This document shows, piece after piece, positions 13,201 through 21,232 of a DNA stretch of 57,294 bases. The stretch spans positions 1 to 57,294 of the IMG/VR virus record IMGVR_UViG_3300025108_000056. One strand, given 5' to 3'. The notes beneath the pieces were generated by a model that did no database searches, had not been told where the DNA came from, and saw nothing but the letters and a program-made list of their open reading frames with translations. The position numbers and the translations under genes are program-made. Within the stretch, counting starts at the first letter, position 1, and each line of letters begins with the position of its first letter. The DNA is from a virus. Its lineage: Duplodnaviria; Caudoviricetes.

Positions 13201-16200
13201 TACGATGGTAGCGTAGCCACCACTGCCAACTTACCTAAGCATTATCATCCGTTCAATCATGTTCCTGTAGCAATTGCTGGAGGCGCTGCTAACACTATAG
13301 GCGGCTCTAATTTCCTACAGACCAGAAAGTCTGCCGCTGTATGGCATATGGATGGTGGATATCATCCGGGCGGTCATTTCTTAGACAACTGTGTAAGCAA
13401 AAATCCGCTTCATCCAATAGGAACTAGATTGAGCACTGGTGGAGATGCTGCTCAAAATGTATCTGCATTCAGACCTTGTGGTTTGTTAGCACAGGCTTAC
13501 TTAGCCTTCTATGGCGAAAACCCTAGCAATCAGGCGGTTAATGAAAACATAGTGATTGTCGACGCAACTCGTGTGCAAAACGCAGAAGAATTGGCTACAA
13601 TTATTAGCGCTTCAATCAATACATTCCCCGGTAAAGACCCGCTCAAGGCTATGGGTGGTACATTTATGCCTTCTATGCAAAACGCTCACAAGCAAGATAG
13701 ATATGGTTGGGTTAAGACTACTATAGTAAGTTATACCGCAGAAAATAGTGGTACTGCTGCTAGTTTAGTAGTTAGTGGTAGCCTAACGACTTTACCAGAA
13801 TATGGGTGGGTAAGGGTCAGTGACGGTACTGATGCTCATTATGCACCATATGTATCTACATCTTATTCTGCACCAAATCTTACACTGACATTAGGTAAAA
13901 GTCCTGACGGCGGTTCTACTAACTTAATTAATCCTCATAACAGTAATCCGTTTAGTTTTAGCGGTAGTACTACTTACGAAGTTTATATTTGGACTAAAGC
14001 AGGTACTCATAGACACAACAACGATGCCCCTAATGCATCAAGAGACCATATGTGTCAAGTTCACTTTAGTGGATTTGTTGACGCTGTGGACCGAACTAGA
14101 CCAGTAGGTGCAGTAGGATGGCATGGTGAGAGATATTCTTATTTTAATTCATTAGATTTGGGTAGTAATACTTACGCTGCTGGATTAGGCGCTTGGCATC
14201 CTTTCTTAGGCTTTAATCCATACGGTGCAGCAGAGACTTGTTTGACTGGCTCTGCACCTGTAACTGTTACCGGAGAAACTGCTACTAATACATTTACATC
14301 TGACTATTGCGTTACTGGTTTAGCCAGTAGGCACTTGATTGTAATTAGTCACGAAAGTGAATTACCTTTGATTGCTAAGGCTGACCGTAACGGAACAAAC
14401 TGTACAGGTGATTTGCTGATTGCGAACAAAACAGATAGCAGTAACGGCGTTGGAACCATTGCTTGGGATACTACGAAGATTCACAACAAAGACCGATATG
14501 TTGGACCTGCCACTGCTGGGCCTCATGTAGAAGTACAGATACACAGTAGTCAGTTTGTCCCAGTAGTCGCTGGAGATTACCCTGCCGGAAACGCTTTACC
14601 TGCTGATAATAAGTGGCACAGGGCTTTCAAAAGCGGTGACATGGTAAGAGCCAACGCTTGTAGATACCCTACAGGTGATTTGTTTTGGGATGAAAGTTTG
14701 TTACCAAGTAATACATTGTCAGAATATGCAGGTACTTATGCTACCGAGTGCGTGGGTATAACTGGACAAGACCACTACTTAGATTCAGCCGCTAACCAAG
14801 GCCATACTGGTTTGTTCGGTTATTACAACAAGAGGAGTGCAGCAAGAAATTTCCTACCTGAACATGTCGTTTGGAAGCGTATGGATGGCGGTAGTATAAC
14901 CATGCCTGCTGTTAATGCTAGAGGTCTTGGTATGATTCCTTGGGTTAAAAGAAAAGATAGCAGTGCTACCGATTACAAACTAGTAGGAGAAAAAATACTT
15001 GGTAATGTAAGATTTAGTTTTGAGACTACAAATGCCGCTATGTTCCCAATCATCCAAGCACAGGAACTAGGACATCCTCAATTGGCAGAGCAACACCCTC
15101 TTGAAGTAAGGAATGCCTTACTTATACCAAACGAACACCTACAGTTCGACAGTGTACAGGTAGTTGATGACACAGGTCAGGAACATAGGATAGAAGGCGG
15201 CTCTCCTTTCGGTACCGTAATCATGGACTTTAGGCACATTAGTGACAGAGAAATAGAAGGCTTAGCACCTGCTCTAGCCGGTGCCGGTGTAAATCCAAAT
15301 CTCAAAATCAGATTACCGAACCCAGATGAAGTACCGGGTAACATTGTGATTAGGTCAGGTTTTGACAGAATACAAGCCTATCAGAATGAAACGATTGGTT
15401 CTGGCGGTCTACAACATCCTGCTCAGAACATAACTCAGATAAGGCAAATGTTCGACCATGAATATGCTGGACCAAGACTTTGGCCGACATGGGAAAACAA
15501 TGGTTGGGAACACCTCAGTCAGGATAGTGATGATATCTCGTTGGCTCAAGCCAATAGCAGACTAAAGTTCCCTGCTTCTAACAAAGAGGGCTGGCATGAC
15601 CATACTGATAACAACCCTCTCAAGTCTTCTTTTGAGCCTCACGACAGGTCATTATATTTCCATGTGACAAGAATGGGAGCAACTATGACACATCGGTACG
15701 ATTTAGATGAGTTGTCATTTACTGCCTACGATGAAACTAATAATGAGATTGATGTTGGCTCTACTCCCAAAGATACTACTTGGATAGACACAAGTGAACA
15801 AAGCGGCGGTAGATATTTCCTAAGAGTTTACGACCCTACTACTGACAAAGGTGTAATTGCATCTTATACAGGTAAGGGTACAAATAAATTCACAGGTGTC
15901 GTAGTATCGCCTGAATTTAAGTCATTTGTAACTGGTAAAACTGGATTGAAAGTTACCCCATCTTATTATGTCCCTGCTGGAACAACAAGAATGTTTGCTG
16001 CTCGTAGACTAAGAGACCACAGTGAGTATAGTGGTGCAAGTCCAGATATGCAAAAAATAAATTGGCATGCAATGTATAATGCTTTGCCTACCAATAGCAC
16101 AGAATTGTCAGGAAGTGCTGCTAAGATTCCACACTCTGCAATCAGCGCACCAAAAATGACACCTATGCCTATTCCAAGAATGGGTCACCACTATGTCACT

Positions 16201-19200
16201 CCGAGCATGGCATTGATGCCCGGACATTATGCTCACCCTGCCTATCAAAGATTGTATGATTTACATACTGCTTGTAAGAGTTCTAGTCATTCTTCTTTTG
16301 ACAGCGACTTGATTGGTACAATAGAAGCAAGTAGACTAGGGTTAGATTCAGAAGATGTAACCGCTAAAGGCTTTACTAGAGACCCGCTTCTGTGGTTTTC
16401 AGCAGCAAGTGCAGCGTATGGTCCAAGCGACATACACGGTGGTGCATTTACACTACTTACCGAGACCAAACTAAAGTATGAGGGATACGGTATAGCAGCC
16501 AGTGTAGGTACTAACGCAGGTGACATAAACGCAGCAGGAGGGCATACACTTGTTCTCGAAGCAGCGGCTACATACACTATGAACAATCACTTCCCAGACC
16601 CTCTGGAAGTAGGTTCTTACCAGATTATCATTCAGCCGAATGTGTTTAAGCAACAGTTACAAGGTTTCCATCAAAACCATAGTGACGCTGTAAAGGCACC
16701 TAGTGAGGCTGGTGCAAAAGTAACCGAATTAACAGGTCAGCAAGTTAACACAGTGATTGCCATAGAAAAGAATGTCAACACTAGAGGTGCTTATGCACTT
16801 ATCTTAGCCGAGGCTATGATGGCTGATGTAAGAGGATGTGAAGTAATACTTAACGAAGTCATATTGGATATCGACCCAGACCCCGGTAGTCAGTTTGCTT
16901 CTCTTCCGCCTTTGGCACTTTACAATCCACTTGGCGTACAAGAATCTACTAGCCCTTCCTTTACTAGAAGAAGCCTACCTTACAGGCCGGGTATGTTTGT
17001 AAGTTCTACTCCGGGTAGAACCTTGACCATACCATGGTGGAGCATACTGCACAAAGATGGTGCGACTGCTAGTGGTGCGAGCAAATTCAAACACCTTGAG
17101 TGGTACAAACCTGATAATTACTACGAGTTGTGTAGAGCAGGCTACGGTGCAGTCGGCGCTCAGATTACTTTGGCTGGATACCCTACAACTTTCCTTGACA
17201 TATACGAGCCACACAAGAGAGTCAGAAGTCTAAACCCTCACTGCTTAGTGATATATGCAGAAGTACGCTCTAGCGAAATATTGGTAGACAATGCTGACTT
17301 GTTCCCTGTTTATCCTTATTATGGAGAAGTATTAGAATATACAAGAGACGGTAAAAGATATACTGCTTCTTACACAGATGTTAGAGGTACACTTGCTACA
17401 GGAAGCCTAGGTGTAACAGCAGCATTCGATGGAGTTACAGAAATAACTACTGGTTTCTGGGCAAATATAAATACTAATGAAGAAATTATATTGAAGTTAA
17501 GTAGACCTTACGATAATGATGTTTCTGATGCACTTTACTTAGATTCAGAAACAAGCCTACTGACTAGAAACTTACCTCAATTGGCTAACGGCAGTAGAGA
17601 TACAAATTCCTTACACCCTGCTGATGCTTTCCTTTGCATGTGGCACCCTAATCTGGGTAGACCATTTACTTGGTACAGCGACGACTCTTCTAGGGCTATT
17701 TATACCAAAGCAGGTACCGCTGATACACCTGTAGACCAAAAGCCGTACAACCATGTACCAGAGCATTTTGAGACTATACATTATCACGATTTTAATTATG
17801 TCGCTAGTAAGGGTCCTTTTGCGCTCGGTATGAAGTGGCCAGCCCCGCCACACGACCATGATAACAATAGTAGTACCGTTTTAAGACACGACGGTACGGT
17901 TTACACTGCTTCTGAGATGGATGCACTCACTGATGGTTCTAGTACTCTGAACCATCAAGGGGGTACAGTCGGCTCCAACAAATACAATTTCTTCGGATTC
18001 TGGCCGGGTGGAAGCCATGGTGCAGGTGCCGTTAGTAGACTCGAATCATACGGCCACTCGCTAATGGGTTGGGGCAGTGATACTTTTGGCATGGACTGTG
18101 AGACATATCAAGACTCAACTGGAGTCGCCACGCTATCTTTGCCCAATGATAGAAACAGATGTTTCGGTTATAGAATGGCAGTTAGGCAATTGTACAACAG
18201 ACCAAGGTGGTCTCCTTACATTCGTGGTTGGTTAGAAGTAGCCAATTCAAACGCTATGCTTGGATACTACAACGGGCCACTAATCCAACAAGATTCTAAG
18301 ACGAATGGCTGGGATTATGTAGGTAGTGTCAGCGGTCAAACAGATGAAGATTTCAATGCACTGTATGTAGGTATACTTGAGAGGATAACACAAGTTTCAA
18401 GTTTACTCGGACAAGACCAACTTGGTCGTCAGGTCAGGTACAGTGATGGTAGAAGAATGACAGGGCCATTCGGTTGTCCTGTTAGAACTGCAAGAAATGC
18501 ATCTACTGTAACTCGTTTCTTCCCTAATGACGAAGAAGGGCAAAATATCGAGGAGTTGTCACAAGCCCACAGACATTACATGGTTGACTGGTGGGGCAAC
18601 ACTCGTGGTGAAGATGTCAGGCGTTTCCCTGTAAGAGGATTCGGGCTACGGCCTTCTTGGGACCCAGAAGATGCTTACAAAGATACGAATGTCACTCATA
18701 GACCTGCTGCAAACGGTTTGTTTGGCGGAGACGGTAACGACAGACAAAGCGGTAATGCGAACACAGTCAACAATGACGGAACCAATATGGGAACCGTTGA
18801 CTGGTTTAACCCAGCAAGTATGTTGAGAGTCGGTGACCGAGGAGATGGTAGAGGTTGTAGATGGCCTACAGTTTTCAACGAGAGTCTACTTATGGCTGTC
18901 AGTGAAAATCATGACGCTACTGGACTTGTACTGTCAAGTAACACAGCCGAACCTGTCTACGGACAAGGTTTGGTTAGACCAAGCAACGAGACATTACAGG
19001 CTGGCGAAATTGAAAGAGGAATCAGCGATAGAGTAGACCTAGATTCTGATGACGGTCTGCTCAAGCCTAGCGCACATGTCGGCGAGGCTATCGAAACTAT
19101 CAACGCAGATACTAGAGGTGCTGAACCTGTATCAAGAGATGATGTTAGATTGGGATTGGATGTAGACACTATCGCAGAACTAAACGACGGTGTAAGTAGA

Positions 19201-20748
19201 GAATACATCGTTATGTCAACAGAAGCCCACAGTCTGCACACAGACAGAGAAGTCGGACAAAGAACTAACATTAGAGGAGCATATAACTTCGGAAGTAGAA
19301 CTCTCAAAGATTTAGATATGACTGCCCTTGATTGGAGTTCTGCTCCTGTCACTGGTGTAGTTAAGCACTCCGATGCACACGCTATGTGGCCACTTGGTGG
19401 TACTTATGTGATGGACTGGAACAAACACGCTGGTAACCTAGATGTCAAAGGGTGGGGTCGTGCTTTCCCAAGAAATGGTATGGCTCTTTGGTTAAAGGCA
19501 GACACATTAGAATTAAATGACGGTGATGCCGTGACTAGTTGGAAAGATTCGGGGCCTCATGGATTTGAGTTTACACAAGCAACTGCTTCGGCTCAACCTT
19601 CTTACATAGCATCATCTAACTTGATTAACGATATGCCTGTAATAGATTGTGATGGTAATGATAAACTTACCCTTACCTTCGATGCAAGGCTCAACACCAA
19701 TGAAGTCACTTTGTTTGTAGTGGCTTGGGCAGATACTGATGATGGTAATCCTAATGGCGTATTGGAAACATTTGCAAATAGCCCTGTAACTCGTGCCGGT
19801 CACTCTCTATGGATTCGCATGGATTCTAGCAACAGATGGAGATGGCAAGGTGGTGCGAACACCACTTACACAGGTGTCTATTCTGCCAATAATAGTGCAA
19901 TTGCCGGATACCCTGAGATAGTTACTGCCCGTACATTCGGTGGAGATGGTGTAGGTGGTACCGCTACTTTCGATTTGTTCTTAAGAGGAATTAGTGTTGG
20001 CTCTACAACAGGTCCATTTTGGGTGGCAGATGAAGACCCTATGGGAATAGGCCATGTTGGTTCATTTGAATTAAACGGTAAGATTGCCGAAGTAATACAG
20101 TATAACAGGAAACTCACTGACCTTGAGCAAAGACAAGTGGAAAGTTATTTGTCTCAAAAATACGCCATTAGTACAGCGTCATTAGGTCAGACTTCTAACC
20201 CGTACCAAGATAATGACCACGACCCTATATCTCAGAACATCAACAACTCTGATAGCAACATACAATTCTTGTACAGACCAGCGTTTGGACTTGACTTCAA
20301 GCACAGTCAGATGTTCAGGTCTTATGTGGCGTTAAAAGGTAGCAGTCCTCAAGAAAACTCAAACTTCTACAGGGCTACTGCTGGCGGTAAGTATGGTATG
20401 TTCACTAGTGATGCACCGGGCGCTCGTACAGGTACTCCGAGTAATCCGCCTTACGCACCTGTTTATACCGTAGACCCAGCGACCAGTACAACTGTACCTG
20501 TCAGTCAAGGGCCGAACATACCCGGTGTCGATGTCACAGGTTATGATAAGTCAGATATTACCAGCCCAGTCGCTAGAATGGTCATGTCAGAAAATACTCT
20601 TGAGCACTTCCGAGCCGACGCAAGTCGTCGTTCTATAGATGATGATGAGGGTGATTACAGTGTTCAGCCAAGACACAGCCAGACGCTACATCCAAAGGGC
20701 AGCAAAGGGGATGCATCTTATAATACCGGAGACCATAGTGGGGAGTGA
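4264..20748 (+). CDS. Giant (~5,490 aa) virion/tail adhesin-like protein with N- and C-terminal LamG-like domains
   Basis: Uninterrupted 16.5-kb ORF; likely start is the ATG at 4264. N-terminal LamG (FTLETWF...VNGDL...LGLWRFEE) and C-terminal LamG (LWLKAD...WKDSG...NGKIAEVIQYNRKL...ESYLSQKY, ~19477-20169). Located among tail genes. Confidence 0.7.
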   Translation: MSLLIDAGYGLKFNGISDSVLVPTNNTNLHGAQTKERKRLPTSMSSFTLETWFIPDSGGTIFEQDNVMRLTVGSPSSSAPAFFEVRLRNKNNGKDNVFTLSSAKAVNKANGLLAYWDGILFPTNNSTINSANLGSDVDTNDVTAFAEGSRELLNVTVTFDRRILSMHVNGDLLVEQVLEEEHELVPQQSQMFLGGRGGDFRGTLETIHLSASALPSGRQQFAPIKGDNTLGLWRFEEPIDPIAMRVETPALVASTASYSTFTVSTTVANDLIKELTGSTSSSTVLFTNSPYSAGKYSYKVYTATSSNDRELEKVPFNLIINPLGYDKKTGKPTNKAPERVRLRSINPNSGQITVTSIHLDFSANPTTGQRGLLMAHDAGEFVVVIGDCIVDGGNGNVFQPQGSGTQFSQRQGQVIIDESDFENHGIMFSMSMAVDSHEYNQFSASTTNMGTDFLIGHTGRHILNHVKSHPFMGLLPPPESHNVEKKLDAGSDVVNATFMPQFGNIKDIVPVNSVISSFDTHGKIPVNDLVYSSVVSTFIENGMSDIDDTKRGLLAIGGPQFNTEPFLLKSISSTDAKSDIKALIPSNEDRIATLVLPELETYDYAPFVQIHYNAIDRTGEHFDVGATSRLTANISTATLTLQSVKSFGVDGTVIPASRISINGETPFTSYTNQTATITYSAKTIVFSATPNNSAFNAAAVNNAIVKLSDNFPKLLINKTLPDVSTIVTGTTSILDLMRTSANTSPLTLVSPGGVMTFKTPNLFPFDDGQLEGDDSEGLVGEGQLDLSLCPTNYLPSVATDAPQTTPKGIGLAQSELSNRSSVFHRVLVRNHFVKSSDYDELANVKLRKTTNGARQRLGLTFSADYAASTSTAMNVTGGTVNNTIAVDDVIYKANGKQLGTVTAVTSSSITIGAGTSDAVVNKDELFLEPQAAGRGSTNQSTVVHEYFDIIEHKSRNNVTSLVIQPTDRSRFAQLSKMIKDTEMRNHISIEHLMSRARVLSFGDDTDGNTVLRAHGLLSDIASSTVSVKGSASPDSHIVKEIMPGAPVVTMTLGGGGQGAVNTKETWDPAPLSRLAWNTRRDCQAKVNATISIGTKRQISVLPLNNNADDLQSWGTYCFPATGRVYLELSGNQGEQKQFASAEYTSKTGTLFSFSNSTGLVGSGTFVLADGSEADSFNAWVTATGIDETSVLHVDDKFSEESMCNDGTTINDRLFQSLDTVQHDYQLGSQYASTRALVEIPLFEEFFFDNPDKGIFPGPDNSMKLHIDATHTAHSWNPNPVGRRADAISPQDPEIFGPFSYTIQRGTHRSGTKVTRPYDSSNYRVYVEDANIFPIPTAPPTEVANLGGQARYRRAFLPNGEWFTYSARNTSDHYLTVVDSGDDHAFSANFLRDIRVGAHITPAPGYQDMNYNSIADNPSLISAGYERRRSFYYDRSNVTTQGGNADYGMKQYVSAIELRAGPSTNPHLPKIISKRPRAKAVLVVGSPATSIKLDDASLFPIKSPDNDYNFRVAWVDSSGNVKRGFYNNRSGNTLTITSPDTGFTPSAGDEIYVEDLYATSASTWPKVKETFLNRAWAHPYCPGGIRQGDTIWMNMHYTNPHAVEGLFCKSRGTLNEAEVWKGFNGGVGEVDANPRDSIPLENFLIGNSCIETAQNLVQHINKTIELNYLEVVGTSITAPVVAYLDPYQCTDNFVRILLYDVGHDREFIAFQDLHMQVQSSPAAARISEEDANKTGVVKNTVTDSGTQLDVAAGFPSQNKRMNTTTKSDFIEASYAHASDWNESYSGAISEHNVGGLTNIDKDSYSSRTNPAVASANEALIQHQVIDDTSRESSTFFDTPDGTRVIPAFLAMKGIRNSVLDLTSHTEARLQYLDQWTDMDFVRRLTLDLGEVALKDGVTNIESAAREVVRLINQAGARNGKTHARRPNDQFLGDSSKFDLSSPGPKSNAYSTNIDPAATHLHADFAATASTHDPAPFWDPSKAFSSHDRGTHMGYVRAHLGRVVLDSEDNPGFSIVIHSTIPGAAGRNFCTWLDSSKAQSPYRPQFLIGHGGRFRNYWCQPDEMTGENMHPAPMPINRFGRPFAPITTLKEHLPPENPSDPFLNNLNFGPDRTDSAGALVSANTEVVSGRNSNTLLNESFETKSPASTLVDGLRIGTRAKARINFGGLTQAGVPGWAPDVSKWGFDNDGTQNHFLSKYGNPSNVSDAMTVTTDGSNDGYIPKADMKKENIGNNPLYGFRFVDHRGDNHTIRMVYRQFGQSFANDNTYLPSTLDEEVIIHFDDRDVGQGGFTIGRHMVGTGEVCGEKTGGSTLSKLKGNLWNNYPAPIVGVKVATTYSSGTMTVVLDAPYDTSAPAVMQTHPDILGYLGFPESGMFQLSTQSGIQGLNFYYTSRTHNDYSGTHKFFGVIGGSSSHTNGDWFMSPRLNFSSLLTDEVIAAAVEYAINMPDSGLEGLDVTSFDCTNMFAPDGQTLGEWGVSPTAIRIHTRADRKVALSKLFEATRSKDWGLLEGASTDAVVSSKHTGGLSAGEIDAGTRLDIGYIPSTVLHITTKYRGSNANTATPILVDSQNNMVDITTWQRNLRGENFTDVAGDHIIPRVDAPCLEIHNVTSTEVHVASNESWALFGKLACDDTNSWGQPFLIWYSTTDWAEVRSKPGTSSVTHVNIIAKSANFSPNNHDVIFKSYSSDGYSKEIDGVRRAGSKKASPFLYFRGGRDSPDHWVPLYFGGGFSGAVVDINDGTQNDYSEFYTHPYSSGPTGSAGMQNIGEVAGSYALLDTNAMLAMFPGTPYLDQHRGQNNPPFFNQDALLTFDMTKTANSKVTGIDYTDGTNTVNANIPSPIVLRFAHPHARYSPSGDVTDHTTYMVFGPGQAFPHNTAAHEPQGSRIVTLGNGYSAVPIHFNSDATKDTFLPNQLANGDSTEHSGFNRGSAEAHLPMTTFFQKNNETGFNYVMNWQPTKGFPSEDASATKNYNQVNTKAFYYDGSVATTANLPKHYHPFNHVPVAIAGGAANTIGGSNFLQTRKSAAVWHMDGGYHPGGHFLDNCVSKNPLHPIGTRLSTGGDAAQNVSAFRPCGLLAQAYLAFYGENPSNQAVNENIVIVDATRVQNAEELATIISASINTFPGKDPLKAMGGTFMPSMQNAHKQDRYGWVKTTIVSYTAENSGTAASLVVSGSLTTLPEYGWVRVSDGTDAHYAPYVSTSYSAPNLTLTLGKSPDGGSTNLINPHNSNPFSFSGSTTYEVYIWTKAGTHRHNNDAPNASRDHMCQVHFSGFVDAVDRTRPVGAVGWHGERYSYFNSLDLGSNTYAAGLGAWHPFLGFNPYGAAETCLTGSAPVTVTGETATNTFTSDYCVTGLASRHLIVISHESELPLIAKADRNGTNCTGDLLIANKTDSSNGVGTIAWDTTKIHNKDRYVGPATAGPHVEVQIHSSQFVPVVAGDYPAGNALPADNKWHRAFKSGDMVRANACRYPTGDLFWDESLLPSNTLSEYAGTYATECVGITGQDHYLDSAANQGHTGLFGYYNKRSAARNFLPEHVVWKRMDGGSITMPAVNARGLGMIPWVKRKDSSATDYKLVGEKILGNVRFSFETTNAAMFPIIQAQELGHPQLAEQHPLEVRNALLIPNEHLQFDSVQVVDDTGQEHRIEGGSPFGTVIMDFRHISDREIEGLAPALAGAGVNPNLKIRLPNPDEVPGNIVIRSGFDRIQAYQNETIGSGGLQHPAQNITQIRQMFDHEYAGPRLWPTWENNGWEHLSQDSDDISLAQANSRLKFPASNKEGWHDHTDNNPLKSSFEPHDRSLYFHVTRMGATMTHRYDLDELSFTAYDETNNEIDVGSTPKDTTWIDTSEQSGGRYFLRVYDPTTDKGVIASYTGKGTNKFTGVVVSPEFKSFVTGKTGLKVTPSYYVPAGTTRMFAARRLRDHSEYSGASPDMQKINWHAMYNALPTNSTELSGSAAKIPHSAISAPKMTPMPIPRMGHHYVTPSMALMPGHYAHPAYQRLYDLHTACKSSSHSSFDSDLIGTIEASRLGLDSEDVTAKGFTRDPLLWFSAASAAYGPSDIHGGAFTLLTETKLKYEGYGIAASVGTNAGDINAAGGHTLVLEAAATYTMNNHFPDPLEVGSYQIIIQPNVFKQQLQGFHQNHSDAVKAPSEAGAKVTELTGQQVNTVIAIEKNVNTRGAYALILAEAMMADVRGCEVILNEVILDIDPDPGSQFASLPPLALYNPLGVQESTSPSFTRRSLPYRPGMFVSSTPGRTLTIPWWSILHKDGATASGASKFKHLEWYKPDNYYELCRAGYGAVGAQITLAGYPTTFLDIYEPHKRVRSLNPHCLVIYAEVRSSEILVDNADLFPVYPYYGEVLEYTRDGKRYTASYTDVRGTLATGSLGVTAAFDGVTEITTGFWANINTNEEIILKLSRPYDNDVSDALYLDSETSLLTRNLPQLANGSRDTNSLHPADAFLCMWHPNLGRPFTWYSDDSSRAIYTKAGTADTPVDQKPYNHVPEHFETIHYHDFNYVASKGPFALGMKWPAPPHDHDNNSSTVLRHDGTVYTASEMDALTDGSSTLNHQGGTVGSNKYNFFGFWPGGSHGAGAVSRLESYGHSLMGWGSDTFGMDCETYQDSTGVATLSLPNDRNRCFGYRMAVRQLYNRPRWSPYIRGWLEVANSNAMLGYYNGPLIQQDSKTNGWDYVGSVSGQTDEDFNALYVGILERITQVSSLLGQDQLGRQVRYSDGRRMTGPFGCPVRTARNASTVTRFFPNDEEGQNIEELSQAHRHYMVDWWGNTRGEDVRRFPVRGFGLRPSWDPEDAYKDTNVTHRPAANGLFGGDGNDRQSGNANTVNNDGTNMGTVDWFNPASMLRVGDRGDGRGCRWPTVFNESLLMAVSENHDATGLVLSSNTAEPVYGQGLVRPSNETLQAGEIERGISDRVDLDSDDGLLKPSAHVGEAIETINADTRGAEPVSRDDVRLGLDVDTIAELNDGVSREYIVMSTEAHSLHTDREVGQRTNIRGAYNFGSRTLKDLDMTALDWSSAPVTGVVKHSDAHAMWPLGGTYVMDWNKHAGNLDVKGWGRAFPRNGMALWLKADTLELNDGDAVTSWKDSGPHGFEFTQATASAQPSYIASSNLINDMPVIDCDGNDKLTLTFDARLNTNEVTLFVVAWADTDDGNPNGVLETFANSPVTRAGHSLWIRMDSSNRWRWQGGANTTYTGVYSANNSAIAGYPEIVTARTFGGDGVGGTATFDLFLRGISVGSTTGPFWVADEDPMGIGHVGSFELNGKIAEVIQYNRKLTDLEQRQVESYLSQKYAISTASLGQTSNPYQDNDHDPISQNINNSDSNIQFLYRPAFGLDFKHSQMFRSYVALKGSSPQENSNFYRATAGGKYGMFTSDAPGARTGTPSNPPYAPVYTVDPATSTTVPVSQGPNIPGVDVTGYDKSDITSPVARMVMSENTLEHFRADASRRSIDDDEGDYSVQPRHSQTLHPKGSKGDASYNTGDHSGE

Positions 20749-20753
20749 GGCGC

Positions 20754-21227
20754 ATGACACCAATGGATGAGGCTTGGATGATACTAAAGCGTCAGACTAC
20801 GCTTGGTGAACATCATCCTGATTTTCCTAGCCAATATGGAGACATTACTCATTATCATGGAACCACAGACGACAGAGGTAAAGGTATAGTGCAACAAGGA
20901 TTACTGGTGGGTGATAATGAAGCATTTGGTAGAGGAGTGTATGCTTCTCCTAACCCATCAACTGCTAAAAATTATGCAATGACAGGGGCTATGACTAATC
21001 AAAATTTACCTGCCGTATTTGCTATTAGAGGAAAAGGTTTAGAGCAAGAAAATGTAACTGATGATTATACTTTATATCCTGACAATATATCTCCCGAAAG
21101 ACTAGTTAGGATTAGAAATGTAGCGGAAATTCCAACATGGGTCGACTCTTGGAAAAATCTGCCTCTATCTCAGCAAGAATCGGCTCGTCAATCACTTGAA
21201 AATATATATTCAGATTATGGGGGATAG
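20754..21227 (+). CDS. ADP-ribosyltransferase-fold protein (H-Y class, Tpt1/KptA/PARP-like)
   Basis: Motifs HYHGT, IVQQGL, GRGVYASP, AKNYA and terminal YPDNISPERL are typical of the HYE-clade ART fold. Likely start is the ATG at 20754. Confidence 0.7.
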   Translation: MTPMDEAWMILKRQTTLGEHHPDFPSQYGDITHYHGTTDDRGKGIVQQGLLVGDNEAFGRGVYASPNPSTAKNYAMTGAMTNQNLPAVFAIRGKGLEQENVTDDYTLYPDNISPERLVRIRNVAEIPTWVDSWKNLPLSQQESARQSLENIYSDYGG

Positions 21228-21232
21228 TAAAC

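Noticed and set aside
14239-14500. Possible intein starting at CLTGSAPVTV in the giant protein
   Set aside because: No block B TxxH and no HN-[C/S/T] terminus at a sensible distance (nearest is HNK); no endonuclease motifs.
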